From assembly GCA_027488905.1 (NCBI GenBank), contig JAIYAT010000010.1, forward strand, positions 21,061-85,060: a DNA stretch of 64,000 nucleotides, in the 5' to 3' direction. The DNA comes from Bacteroidota bacterium. Its GTDB lineage: Bacteria; Bacteroidota; Bacteroidia; UKL13-3. The translations under genes were made by a program, and so were the position numbers. The notes under the pieces are model-generated. The model searched no databases. It was not told where the DNA came from and saw only the letters and a list, made by a program, of their open reading frames with translations. Shown one piece after another: positions 30,784-40,111 of the stretch; positions within the stretch are counted from its first letter, which is position 1, and the number at the start of each line of letters is the position of its first letter.

Positions 30784-31488
30784 ATGAAAAAAGCACTATT
30801 TATCATTCTTTTTGTTTTGCCAAATATAGTTTTGAGCCAAAGCTTTATTTTTTGTCCAGAAATCCAAACCAAAGAAAAGGATGGATTTAAGGAAGTAGAA
30901 ATCTCTTTTGTATTTGAGGATGCAAGATTATACGATAAGAAAAAAAAGGAAAAATGCACTAAAGAGGAAATATTTGAAAAGTTTGTGGAATGTATTAAAC
31001 AAACCTACCCAAATATGAAGGTAAAAGTACTTGATAATAAGAAGTTTTATGAACCTCCAGCAAAAGGAGTTATTACAGTAAAAATAGAATTAACTAAATA
31101 TGATGCCACATTTAATACTGGAATGTATCGGTCAAATACTGTTTATAAAGTAAAGATGTTTGATTTAAGAAATAACAAAGAAAATATAATAGAGCAAGTT
31201 ATATCTGGGGAAGGCAAGCAATTTAATGCATTAGGGTTTACAAGCGCTAAAATAGCCTCTAATATAAGTTTTAGAGCAGCATTTGATAATTTTGAGGTTC
31301 TGTTTGATAAGTTTTCAAAAATGCTTAATGTTCAAATTGTTGAAGAAAACAAAGTTCAACCATCAATTGCTACACCAAAATCAAAGGCGGAGAGATTAAG
31401 GGAACTCAAGCAACTTTTGGAAGAAAAGATTCTTACGCAAGAGGAATTTGATCTTGAGAAGAAAAAAATCCTAGATGAAAAGGAATAG
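30784..31488 (+). CDS. Secreted protein with C-terminal SHOCT domain
   Basis: Signal peptide; C-terminal KAERLRELKQLLEEKILTQEEFDLEKKKIL matches SHOCT pattern. Confidence 0.5.
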   Translation: MKKALFIILFVLPNIVLSQSFIFCPEIQTKEKDGFKEVEISFVFEDARLYDKKKKEKCTKEEIFEKFVECIKQTYPNMKVKVLDNKKFYEPPAKGVITVKIELTKYDATFNTGMYRSNTVYKVKMFDLRNNKENIIEQVISGEGKQFNALGFTSAKIASNISFRAAFDNFEVLFDKFSKMLNVQIVEENKVQPSIATPKSKAERLRELKQLLEEKILTQEEFDLEKKKILDEKE

Positions 31489-31639
31489 GTTGTAGTACTT
31501 TTGGTTTAGTCATGCATTTAGATTTGTAAGCTAAGCAATTTAGTTGTGATTTGCTTTCAGATTTAGTTCTTTCTATAATTACAACATGAGAATCTGCTGA
31601 TGTTTTATGTTCATCACTTTAACTTTTCAATTTTTTGTA

Positions 31640-31947
31640 ATTCTTCTACATCCATTTTATCTTTTATTCTTTCATTAGAAATTTTTGATAATATTAAATG
31701 GTTTAGATGTAATACTGGAATTTTTAGACCATTTATTTCCCCTAATACTTTTTGTTGGTAAGCTTCTTCAAATGAAATCCCTGTTATTTTTGTTAAAAAA
31801 TCTACTCGTATTGGAACTTCTCCAAAACTAAAGGCCTATTAAACCCATGATAATTTACAGCATATCCACCGATAAGTAGATACTCGGCCTCAAAATCTTG
31901 AAGAATTTTTAACAATTCTATATGTGGCTCGTAGAAAATATTCATTA
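31640..31947 (-). pseudogene. Degraded minimal nucleotidyltransferase (MntA/DUF6036-like) with at least two frameshifts
   Basis: Minus-strand translation MNIFYEPHIELLKILQDFEAEYLLIGGYAVNYHGFNRP then stop; downstream frames continue with ...ISFEEAYQQKVLGEINGLKIPVLHLNHLIL. Confidence 0.35.
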
Positions 31948-32202
31948 GTGAATTGTGATATTTCTTCCAAAATCTTTCAATAATTCAGTAGCTATTCCAA
32001 AAGCATTTAAGTTTAATTGATGCAGGTATTTCCATCTTTCTACCGGCTTTAAACTTAAAGAATAACTTCTGTTTTCTGCTTCTAAAGACTCAAATGAAGT
32101 AATGCGCAAAGAATTAGGATTATAGCTTTCCTTTGGCTGATATAGGCCATCTGGCTCATTTGCCATTTCAATAGAATCCAAATCAGCTTGATTTTCTAAC
32201 AT
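31945..32202 (-). CDS. Hypothetical 85-aa protein, upstream partner of the degraded nucleotidyltransferase
   Basis: ORF whose stop overlaps downstream ATG (TAATG). Confidence 0.3.
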   Translation of the reverse strand: MLENQADLDSIEMANEPDGLYQPKESYNPNSLRITSFESLEAENRSYSLSLKPVERWKYLHQLNLNAFGIATELLKDFGRNITIH

Positions 32203-32515
32203 GCGATTTTGCTTTTTTACAATTTCCTAAAATGTCAACTCAAAGGTAAATATTTGAAGCTAAATCCCAATGATTTAAGTAAGGTAAAAAAGGTTTCATA
32301 TAAAAGTTTTAAAGCAGTTTCGGGTTGAACCAAGATGGAATGTAGGGCGTAAGATGTGTTTTTAAAAGCTCCATCGGAGCATCCTGTTTGTAGGAAATGA
32401 TTTGTGTTTAAACAAAGCTCCGTAGGAGCGTTCTGTTGTTGAATAAAATAGATGTGCGTTCCAGATTATTCCAATACCCTTATTGCCGCCAATCGTCTGT
32501 TAGGCACAGTACAGA

Positions 32516-32685
32516 CTATCCTGCAACAAATTTCTTGCGAGCGATTCTCGGCTTTCTTGTTATTTTACTTTCAGGTTTATTCTTCTTATTTCTTAAATAC
32601 TCGCTGATAGAAAACTCTTCCTCTTTTGTTAGTGGACTTAACCCTCCAATTACATCCACATCTAATAATTTTGTTTTAGCTTTCA
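32516..32685 (-). CDS. Small hypothetical cassette ORF (56 aa), followed by attC remnant
   Basis: ATG 32685 to stop 32516; GCCTAAC-agacg-attGGCGG motif immediately downstream on the minus strand (plus coordinates 32463-32509). Confidence 0.2.
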
Positions 32686-32691
32686 TTTTTA

Positions 32692-33215
32692 CTAATTTCT
32701 AAAATACTTATTCATTAATTTTAATGCTGAAATAGTTTCTATAATCATCAACCTGCCTCCAAAATGTTTTGCCCCTAATGTTTCCTCGTAGTGACTTATC
32801 AAAACTGTTTTGGATACAAATGATACATTTCCTTCATTTCCTCGTTGAAATGACAATTTGCATGCAAATGCTACTAAATTTCTTGCTACGCCGGCATACA
32901 TTTTATTCTTACCCTTATTAAATGGTGAATTCTCTACTAAATGCATGTATACATGGTCGCTTTTAACTTCTAAACTTATTAATCCTTGAACTATTCTTGG
33001 ATTGCCTTGTATGGTAAGTTTGTAAACTTCTCTTAAGGGATTTTTTTATTCTTCTTTCCAATCAAATAACCATTTTTCTCGTTTAGAAACTAACTTTAAT
33101 TCACTCTTTTCTAATATCAATACCTCCGTCGCGAAACTGTCTCCTGTTATTATATTCTCGATTGAATTAGTTAATTTATCTACCTCAAAGTCTAATCCGA
33201 TTCTTGACTCTTTTT
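32692..33215 (-). pseudogene. GNAT N-acetyltransferase, frameshifted in a T7/A7 homopolymer (~33043-33049)
   Basis: Downstream frame carries GNAT motif A (NKMYAGVARNLVAFACKLSFQRGNEGNVSF); upstream frame (VKKESRIGLDFEV...WLFDWKEE*) supplies the N-terminal half. Confidence 0.5.
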
Positions 33216-33280
33216 TCACTCCACTAATTTACAAAGTTTTAGCTAAAACTCCAACTTTACTGCAATTCTTATTGTATTGT

Positions 33281-33412
33281 GCCTAACGGTTTGAAGATTT
33301 GCGAATTGGCGGATTTGGAACTTCAACCTGTCGACTTGCAACAAAGGTAAGATTGGAAACGGAACGTACAAGTACCTCTTCAACCCGCCATTTTGCAAAT
33401 GTGCTGTTAGGC
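33281..33412. repeat. attC-like recombination site (family C)
   Basis: GCCTAAC at 33281-33287, GTTAGGC at 33406-33412, paired inner boxes TTTGCGAATTGGCGGATT / AACCCGCCATTTTGCAAA, asymmetric 10/6-nt internal loop. Confidence 0.6.
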
Positions 33413-33487
33413 ACAGTTTTTTGTCTTACTTCTTCAATTATTTTTCGTATTATTTATGTCTATTGAAGTTGAAATTAAGTAAAAAAG

Positions 33488-34261
33488 TCAACCTTTATAA
33501 TTCATCTTATTCCTTACGATGTCTATAAAGCCTTTAAATACTAACACAAAAGGATTATAACCAGCAAAACCTGAGGTCACTCCGTACTTCACCTTTTCTT
33601 TTTCAGATTCGTATGTACCAAAAATTTTATCCCAAATAATTAATGTTCCACCAAAGTTCTTGTCAATATAAATGTCGTTTGATCCGTGGTGTACTCGATG
33701 GTTGGATGGTGTGTCAATAATATTTTCTAAAAACCCCAACTTGCCTACCGCTTCGGTATGTAGGAAAAATTGATACAATAAATTAAAAGAATAGCATAGA
33801 ACTATAAAGTCAAGTGGCAGTCCCAAGAAAGCAAGTGGAATGTAAAACACAGGGCTTATCAAAGCACCCAACCAATTAAGTCTGTAAGAAACAGTGAGGT
33901 TATAAAATTGACTTGAATGATGTACCAAATGAAAAGCCCAAAAAAACTTTACCATATGAGAGCATCTGTGAAACCAATAGTAGCAAAAATCTACACCTAA
34001 AAAAGTAATTAAAAACATAAGTGTCGATTCTTCAAAGGTAAACAACCGAAACTGGTAAAAGAGACCAAAAATCCATAACTGATACCCTGCAAAAAGGAAT
34101 TTGGATAGTTGAAATCCTGCAAAAATACTAAGGTTGGCAAGGGTGTCTTTTACACCATAAGCCTTTTTATCTTTACGCCAACTCCAAATAATTTCGGCTG
34201 CAATTAAACCAAAAATAAAAAGGAGGGCGTACAACTTGTATTGTCCAAATTCAAATTCCAT
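33488..34261 (-). CDS. Sterol desaturase / fatty-acid hydroxylase superfamily membrane enzyme
   Basis: Histidine boxes HRCSH, HLVHH, HRVHHG. Confidence 0.75.
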   Translation of the reverse strand: MEFEFGQYKLYALLFIFGLIAAEIIWSWRKDKKAYGVKDTLANLSIFAGFQLSKFLFAGYQLWIFGLFYQFRLFTFEESTLMFLITFLGVDFCYYWFHRCSHMVKFFWAFHLVHHSSQFYNLTVSYRLNWLGALISPVFYIPLAFLGLPLDFIVLCYSFNLLYQFFLHTEAVGKLGFLENIIDTPSNHRVHHGSNDIYIDKNFGGTLIIWDKIFGTYESEKEKVKYGVTSGFAGYNPFVLVFKGFIDIVRNKMNYKG

Positions 34262-34290
34262 AAGATTACTTTGTTTAGATTATTTTTGCA

Positions 34291-34593
34291 TTAATTGGTT
34301 TTCGTCCAAACTATTTCTTTTTTCATCATTCCTTTTTTTACCACAAATCTGATTTTATTTCCTTCTAAATAGGCTTCACAATTTGCGGATGTGTTTTTCT
34401 TCGGATTGCTCAAAATACCTTGCCACTTGCCATCGGTAAATGTTAAATTATTGAGCACCAACACATCTTTTCCTTGTGGTTTTCCAATAAATGCTAAACC
34501 CGATTTGTTTATTTCAATTATGGCACCTTCGGCAGTTTTCCATTGACCCGTAAAATTGTCAGTAGATTTTTGTGCCATTGCAAATACAGTCAT
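34291..34593 (-). CDS. DUF2147-like small secreted protein (start uncertain)
   Basis: GQWKTAEGAIIEI... pattern; upstream in-frame hydrophobic stretch has no ATG; A16 tract immediately 5'. Confidence 0.4.
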   Translation of the reverse strand: MTVFAMAQKSTDNFTGQWKTAEGAIIEINKSGLAFIGKPQGKDVLVLNNLTFTDGKWQGILSNPKKNTSANCEAYLEGNKIRFVVKKGMMKKEIVWTKTN

Positions 34594-34618
34594 TAATAGA
34601 GCTATAAGAAGCGAAATA

Positions 34619-34634
34619 TTTTTTTTTTTTTTTT
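34619..34634. repeat. Homopolymeric T16 (A16 on coding strand) tract
   Basis: Read directly from sequence at 34619-34634, just upstream of the DUF2147-like ORF. Confidence 0.9.
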
Positions 34635-34714
34635 AAAAATTACATAAATTAATGATGCAAATTTATACTCCCAAAGAGGATAAACTCATTAACAAAAGAT
34701 AATAAAGGTTATGA

Positions 34715-35260
34715 TTAATATTTTTTCTTTGAAATACGTTGTCTAATCCTACTCAAAGAAACAGGTGTAATGCCTAACACATTAGCAATGTACTTGTCGG
34801 GTACACGGTTAATCATATTTGGGTAATCTTTAAGATATTGTTGGTATCTCTTTTCAGGGGAGAGAAAAACAAAGGAATCAATTCTTTGAAAAGCTTGTTT
34901 CAAAATTTGTCGACCAAAAATCCTGCTGTCCATTTTTTGAAAGTCTAAATTGTCAGAACTTAAATCTTGAAAAGTTTTTACATCTGTAAAGTACACTTTT
35001 GTTTTCTCCAAAGTTTCAAAGGTAAACTTGGAAGGTTCATCAAATAAAATGGTATGAACATTTCCAAATAGTTGCTTCTCGGCAAACAACTGAAAAGTAA
35101 TTTCCTCACCTTTGTCATTTATCAAAAAACTACGAACCAACCCTTTTCGGATATAGAAGACATTATTTGTTTTATCGCCTTCTTTTATTATACTCTCTCC
35201 TTTATCAAATGTTTTTGAGTTAAGATTTCGTAATAATTTAAAAAGGAATTTTATGTTCAT
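34715..35260 (-). CDS. Crp/Fnr-family transcriptional regulator (start at MNIKF)
   Basis: cNMP-binding-like N-domain and C-terminal HTH (YIANVLGITPVSLSRIRQRI). Confidence 0.65.
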   Translation of the reverse strand: MNIKFLFKLLRNLNSKTFDKGESIIKEGDKTNNVFYIRKGLVRSFLINDKGEEITFQLFAEKQLFGNVHTILFDEPSKFTFETLEKTKVYFTDVKTFQDLSSDNLDFQKMDSRIFGRQILKQAFQRIDSFVFLSPEKRYQQYLKDYPNMINRVPDKYIANVLGITPVSLSRIRQRISKKKY

Positions 35261-35289
35261 TCGTTTTTTTGTTTCTGCGGTAAAATTGT

Positions 35290-35422
35290 GCCTAACGTTT
35301 TGCGGCTTGGCGTAGTGGCGGATTTTTAGCACTAATGCTCATACGAAGAACTGCACTTGAACCTACCACAAAACTGTCATACGAGGCACAGAACTCGCCA
35401 TTACGCCAAACCGCTGTTAGCC
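35290..35422. repeat. attC-like recombination site (family C)
   Basis: GCCTAAC 35290-35296, GTTAGCC 35416-35422; stems TTGGCGTAGTGGCG / CGCCATTACGCCAA; 10/6 asymmetric loop. Confidence 0.6.
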
Positions 35423-35431
35423 ACAGTTATT

Positions 35432-36349
35432 CTAATTCAAATTTCGGAATTCTGTCGGACTTAATCCTACTTTTTTCCTAAACAAACTACTGAAGTAGTG
35501 TGAGTGTTCAAAGCCCAAGGAATAGGCAATTTCTTTTATAGAGTCATCACTACCTAGCAATCGGTCTTTGGCAATTTCCAGAAGGTGAAAGTGAATATGT
35601 TCTTGAGTGGTTTTTCCTGTTTCTTTACGAAGTAAATCACTTAAATAATTGGGGGAAAGATTAACTTGATCCGCACATTGTAATGCTGTCGGAAGCCCTT
35701 TTTCGGGAAGGTTAGCTGAATCAAAGTAGTTTTTTAAATAAGTATTGATAGTATCAATCACCGAATTATTTTCATTTGCTCTGGTAATAAATTGTCGGTC
35801 ATAAAAACGATTACAGTGATTCAATAAATATTCTATTGCGGATATCAATACGTTCTTGGTGTGCTTGTCGATGGGTCGATTGAGTTCAGTTTCTATTGTA
35901 TTGATGATTGACGAAAGGCACACTTTTTCATCTTCGGACAAATGCAATGCTTCGTTCGTGGTGTATTTAAAGAATGAGTATTCAGTAATTTTGTTAAACA
36001 GAGGAGTACCATAAATCAAATCGGGATGAAAGTATAGACCCCAATTATACCTACACTCTTCGAAAACAGGATTTTGAATGGTACTTACTTGTTCAGGTAA
36101 AGAAAAGAACAAGCTACCTTCCTGAAAATCTATTTGCTTTCTGCCATATTGCAAGCTTCCTGACTTCAGATGTTTTAATGTAATTACATAAAACGATGAA
36201 GCCACTTGTAAACCAGTGTGTTGAGATTCCTTCTGATGGTTATCTAATTTTGAAAAATCAATGACACTCACCAAAGGATGCTTCGGTGGGGGGATTTGAA
36301 ACATGTTATGCAACATGCTAATACTTTCGATCCTGATAATATCCTTCAT
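35432..36349 (-). CDS. AraC-family transcriptional regulator
   Basis: C-terminal double HTH (YLSDLLRKETGKT...IAYSLGFEHSHYFSSLFRKKVGLSPTEFR). Confidence 0.8.
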   Translation of the reverse strand: MKDIIRIESISMLHNMFQIPPPKHPLVSVIDFSKLDNHQKESQHTGLQVASSFYVITLKHLKSGSLQYGRKQIDFQEGSLFFSLPEQVSTIQNPVFEECRYNWGLYFHPDLIYGTPLFNKITEYSFFKYTTNEALHLSEDEKVCLSSIINTIETELNRPIDKHTKNVLISAIEYLLNHCNRFYDRQFITRANENNSVIDTINTYLKNYFDSANLPEKGLPTALQCADQVNLSPNYLSDLLRKETGKTTQEHIHFHLLEIAKDRLLGSDDSIKEIAYSLGFEHSHYFSSLFRKKVGLSPTEFRNLN

Positions 36350-36352
36350 TGT

Positions 36353-36838
36353 TTATAAGTTGGATAGTTTTTCAAAATAAGTGTCTATTGATTTTTTTGA
36401 AACGCTTTCAATAATCAGGTTTCCAACCGAAAATATGACCAATGAAAACAGTATTCCTTTTACCAATTCTTTATCAATAAAGAGATTTATAAGCAATGAA
36501 ACAATGATTAATATAACAAGCACAATTTGAATTTTAGGGTGGTTATTTACCACCTTTGCCATTCGTTCCTTTTCTTTTTGATGAAACGTTGCCGAACTTT
36601 CCTTGTATAACAAGGTTTGATTTTTTAGTAATTTTTCTTCTGTCATTTTATACCCAATGCCACTAACAGATGAGAATAATCCAAATATAATCAAACCAAT
36701 TTTCAATCCAATTAATACTGCATTCGACCCGGAAAAATGAATCAGGACAGCCAAAAGTAGCATTATAAAACCCAAAGCCAACATATAGTTGGCAATTGTT
36801 TTTTGGGCGTTAATGTATATTTCCAATTGTTCAAGCAT
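36353..36838 (-). CDS. Hypothetical membrane protein
   Basis: Four hydrophobic segments; no family. Confidence 0.4.
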   Translation of the reverse strand: MLEQLEIYINAQKTIANYMLALGFIMLLLAVLIHFSGSNAVLIGLKIGLIIFGLFSSVSGIGYKMTEEKLLKNQTLLYKESSATFHQKEKERMAKVVNNHPKIQIVLVILIIVSLLINLFIDKELVKGILFSLVIFSVGNLIIESVSKKSIDTYFEKLSNL

Positions 36839-36876
36839 AATTTATTTTTTTAATTTTCGAAGACTGCTGTCCATTC

Positions 36877-37707
36877 TTATTTTATGGATGCGCCCGGCAA
36901 AATTTGGTCTATCAAACCATAACCAAACCATCTTTTCATAAACTTACCCAATTTGCCATCAGCGTTAGGTGCGTATCTTCTTTTTGGAGAACCGCTCTTA
37001 GCTGCATGTAATACGGCTTTTGCAATCGTGTCAGACGAAGCTCCATTTTGGCAACCTTTACTCCAATTTTTCCTGAAATTTTTCATCTGCTCCTTATACG
37101 GTCCGGCATTGGGGTGTTTTTCACACTTATCCAAGTAGGGCAAACTGGCAGTGGGAATATCAGTATTGATGTAGCCCGGCTCGATGAGTGACACTTTAAT
37201 ACCAAATTCTTTGACTTCCATACGTAATCCATCCCCGACACCCTGCTGTGCATGCTTGGTAGCGGGATACCATGCCATACCGGGAGAGCCCATATGCCCC
37301 GCAACTGAGGAAGTAATGATGATTCTACCCGATTTTTGTTTTCTCATGTGGGGTAGCACAGCGGTAAATGCCCGGGCATTGCCTAACACATTGACATCAA
37401 ATTGGTATCTGACATCTTCAATGCTTTGCAACTCTACCGGACCCAAGAGGCAAAACCCGGCATTGGCGAAAAGCACATCGATTCTACCATCATCCTTGAT
37501 AATGGTATCAACTACCTTCTGAATGTCTTCATCCTTTGTTACATCACAAGGCATAACTACTGCTCCCAACACTTCTAAATCTTTCATTAAATGAGTTCTT
37601 CTTGCGGTGGCATATACCTTGAAACCGTTTGCTAATAACATCTTTGCAGATGCGTGACCAATACCGGTTGAAGCTCCAGTAATAAATGCGATTTTTTTAT
37701 TTTCCAT
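36877..37707 (-). CDS. SDR-family short-chain dehydrogenase/reductase
   Basis: TGASTGIG Rossmann motif, catalytic YxxxK (YPATKHA). Confidence 0.85.
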   Translation of the reverse strand: MENKKIAFITGASTGIGHASAKMLLANGFKVYATARRTHLMKDLEVLGAVVMPCDVTKDEDIQKVVDTIIKDDGRIDVLFANAGFCLLGPVELQSIEDVRYQFDVNVLGNARAFTAVLPHMRKQKSGRIIITSSVAGHMGSPGMAWYPATKHAQQGVGDGLRMEVKEFGIKVSLIEPGYINTDIPTASLPYLDKCEKHPNAGPYKEQMKNFRKNWSKGCQNGASSDTIAKAVLHAAKSGSPKRRYAPNADGKLGKFMKRWFGYGLIDQILPGASIK

Positions 37708-37850
37708 TATCTTATCTTTTTTGACGTTTAATAATGGTGCAAATTTAAAATGTCAACCTGTATTACAGATTACACAAATCTCGGATAAGCATTCATTTTT
37801 CTTAGATTGTCTAATAGAGTCTGGTTATTGCGGGTCGCTTTCATAATTGT

Positions 37851-38024
37851 GGCTAACGTTTCGGCGCTTGGCGCAGTAAGGGAATGGTTAGCACAAATTT
37901 TGCCAAGGCACTTTACTCCAAAAATAAACTTTTCTGCCTTTTCTTTTTCCTTTTATTCTAATGCCCTTATTTCGCCAAACGCATTTTATAAGCCGTTTTT
38001 CTTTTCCTTAAAACAGGTGTTAAT
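37851..38024. repeat. attC-like site (family A, long variant with conserved ~100-bp internal segment)
   Basis: Left GGCTAACGTTTCGGCGCTTGGCGCAGTAAGG; internal ccaaaaataaacttttctgcc...ttttattc...gcccttatt; right ...gccaaacgc...; four similar copies in the array. Confidence 0.45.
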
Positions 38025-38538
38025 CAATTTTTTTCAAGCTGTCATTTCCATAATAGTTTTTCTCCCACTCAGAAATATCAACTTTTTCAATTTCTTTTTG
38101 CCTTTTTTTTTCATAATCATTTGCATTAATAACCCCAAATAGAATCCAAAATGTCGTCCCGCCTAAAAGCAAAAAAAGTCGTTGATTAAATTTCTTTTGA
38201 TAGTTCTCCTTTTTAAGTTCACTTAATGAAAGACCAACTGTCCACTGTCTTGCTAGAATAAATGGAGCCATAAGAAAAATATAAATCATTTTTTCTATTG
38301 TATAGCTTTCGGTCTCGTTTTGTTCTAATTTTTTTTGATAAGCTAATTCTAATTTTTCAGCTTTCTTTTTCCATCTGTCTAAAGTCTTATCTTGGTCGTA
38401 TCGGGTAACTTTCCGTTTGTTTAGTTCGTCCTTTGCTTGGTCTATTGCGTCTTGTTGCCAATCATCAATTGTTCCATTTGCAATTGCAATTAGTTCTTCA
38501 GTGTCACGCCTTGAAATTGGTGGATTAAACTCTATCAC
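38020..38538 (-). CDS. Hypothetical membrane protein (cassette ORF)
   Basis: ORF with two central TM helices. Confidence 0.35.
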   Translation of the reverse strand: MIEFNPPISRRDTEELIAIANGTIDDWQQDAIDQAKDELNKRKVTRYDQDKTLDRWKKKAEKLELAYQKKLEQNETESYTIEKMIYIFLMAPFILARQWTVGLSLSELKKENYQKKFNQRLFLLLGGTTFWILFGVINANDYEKKRQKEIEKVDISEWEKNYYGNDSLKKID

Positions 38539-38570
38539 TATGGTATCTTTTAAAATAGCTTAAAACGTTT

Positions 38571-38692
38571 GCCAGCTACGAGAAGTTGGAGCCTGTCAGC
38601 ACAAATATAGTTGCCCAGAACCAATTTCAATTAACCACAAATGTGTCAGCGTAGCGCTGAACCGCCAATTTGTTGTTGGTGCTGTTTTAGGC
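38571..38692. repeat. attC-like site (family C2; left arm degenerate)
   Basis: Right arm aaccacaaatgtgtcagcgtagcgctgaaccgccaatttg...GTTTTAGGC nearly identical to the 43290 copy. Confidence 0.4.
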
Positions 38693-38725
38693 TGTTATTT
38701 TTCATGAAATCATTTGGTCATGTTA

Positions 38726-39238
38726 CTAAATATAATGTACCGATATTCCTTTTGCACTAGATAATTGTCTTAAAATTGTATAAAGTTTATTTTTCTCAAA
38801 ATCGTTGTGGAGATAGATATTCATTTGGTAAGTTTCATTTTTAGAATCGATTATTGAAATCACATTCTTTCTGCCGCTATTAAAAGCACCTAGAACTATT
38901 AGAGTGGAGTTGTTTTCACCAAAGCAACCATCAAAGTGAAAGATTATTTGTTTTGGTTTTATTGTTTTTTTTATATGTGTTAATGTTTCAATTTCAATTT
39001 CATCACTATAAAGATTAATCTGTCCAGTTTTATGTTTGTCCTGAAAAAAAAATCTTAAGAATTTAAGTAATATTATGATAACGAATGTAAATGGACCTAA
39101 AACATAAAAATATTTTTCAACCAAATTTAAATGAAATGATAATAAAATTAGTCCAATACTAAAAAAGCCGATACTAAAAGACCAAATGTTATACTTTATG
39201 TCCTTAGGATTTACGATGTCAAATGTTGCTTTATACAT
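38726..39238 (-). CDS. Hypothetical membrane protein (cassette ORF)
   Basis: ORF, N-terminal TM helices. Confidence 0.35.
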   Translation of the reverse strand: MYKATFDIVNPKDIKYNIWSFSIGFFSIGLILLSFHLNLVEKYFYVLGPFTFVIIILLKFLRFFFQDKHKTGQINLYSDEIEIETLTHIKKTIKPKQIIFHFDGCFGENNSTLIVLGAFNSGRKNVISIIDSKNETYQMNIYLHNDFEKNKLYTILRQLSSAKGISVHYI

Positions 39239-39242
39239 AATA

Positions 39243-39388
39243 GCCTATAACGTTTATACGCTTGGCGCAGTAAAGGAATCGTTGGCTCTTTTTCTCCTCA
39301 ATATGTTACTCCAAAAATAAACTTTTCTGCCGTTTCTTTTCCCTTAAAATCCTCAAGCCGTTATTGCATCCAAACGCGTGTTAGCGGC
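39243..39388. repeat. attC-like site (family A)
   Basis: GCCTATAACgtttatacgcTTGGCGCAGTAAAGG ... CCAAACGCGTGTTAGCGGC; arms pair with 10/6 loop. Confidence 0.5.
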
Positions 39389-39407
39389 TGCTCCTTTTGC
39401 TCAGTGG

Positions 39408-40079
39408 CTATAAGTACATTTTCAAATTTTCGTTTTCATCTGTCTGATACAATTCATTAAGTAATACTTTCATCTGGTCATTATTTTTGAAGTTGTTGCC
39501 TGTAAATTGTTTAATTCTATTTATTACTTCTTCTGAATCCCATGATGCAATATTACTAGCAAATCTTACTACCATCCCATTGCAGCGCATATCAATTGTT
39601 CCACCCTCGGTGACGTATTGAAGTTGTTGTTCTGTAACCCCCAAACCTGTAATGTCAACAGTTCCGTTATCTAAGGGGTGTTTTGTGTAATTATTTTGAC
39701 TGGCAATTTCTAAACTCGAGACTTCGGATATTGAGAATGATTTTGTCTTAATTGATCCAAATTGTTTGTTAATAATAGTAATCTGGTCTTTCGATATTTC
39801 AAGTGATTCCCTATTCAATACTTTCTTTAGATATTCTCTACCAGCAAGTACATATACCACGCATAATGCAATAATTATTATGGCAGCAATGGGAATGTCT
39901 GCAATTAACCTTATTGTAACACTAGTAAGAAATAGTGCGGTAGCGATTAATAATACTCCTTGGAAAATTAGACCAAACTTTATGATTGGACTTACTGATG
40001 GATAAATCTCTATTTTTAGTTTGTCTTTACTTTCAGTAAACTTTAGGGTTTCTTTCATTTTTGATTTAGTAGTGGGCAT
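39408..40079 (-). CDS. Hypothetical membrane protein (cassette ORF; start at MPTTK, ORF track gives 40139)
   Basis: ORF with two TM helices; trimmed so as not to run into the attC-like site. Confidence 0.35.
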   Translation of the reverse strand: MPTTKSKMKETLKFTESKDKLKIEIYPSVSPIIKFGLIFQGVLLIATALFLTSVTIRLIADIPIAAIIIIALCVVYVLAGREYLKKVLNRESLEISKDQITIINKQFGSIKTKSFSISEVSSLEIASQNNYTKHPLDNGTVDITGLGVTEQQLQYVTEGGTIDMRCNGMVVRFASNIASWDSEEVINRIKQFTGNNFKNNDQMKVLLNELYQTDENENLKMYL

Positions 40080-40111
40080 AAACAATGGTTGCACATGGAG
40101 TTGCAGATATC

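Noticed and set aside
32436-32702. ORF 32436..32702 +
   Set aside because: It is antisense to a small cassette ORF and runs across an attC remnant, so it is likely non-coding.
36953-37522. ORFs 36953..37138 +, 37083..37304 - and 37184..37522 + inside the SDR gene
   Set aside because: These are antisense or out-of-frame overlaps with a strongly supported SDR gene.
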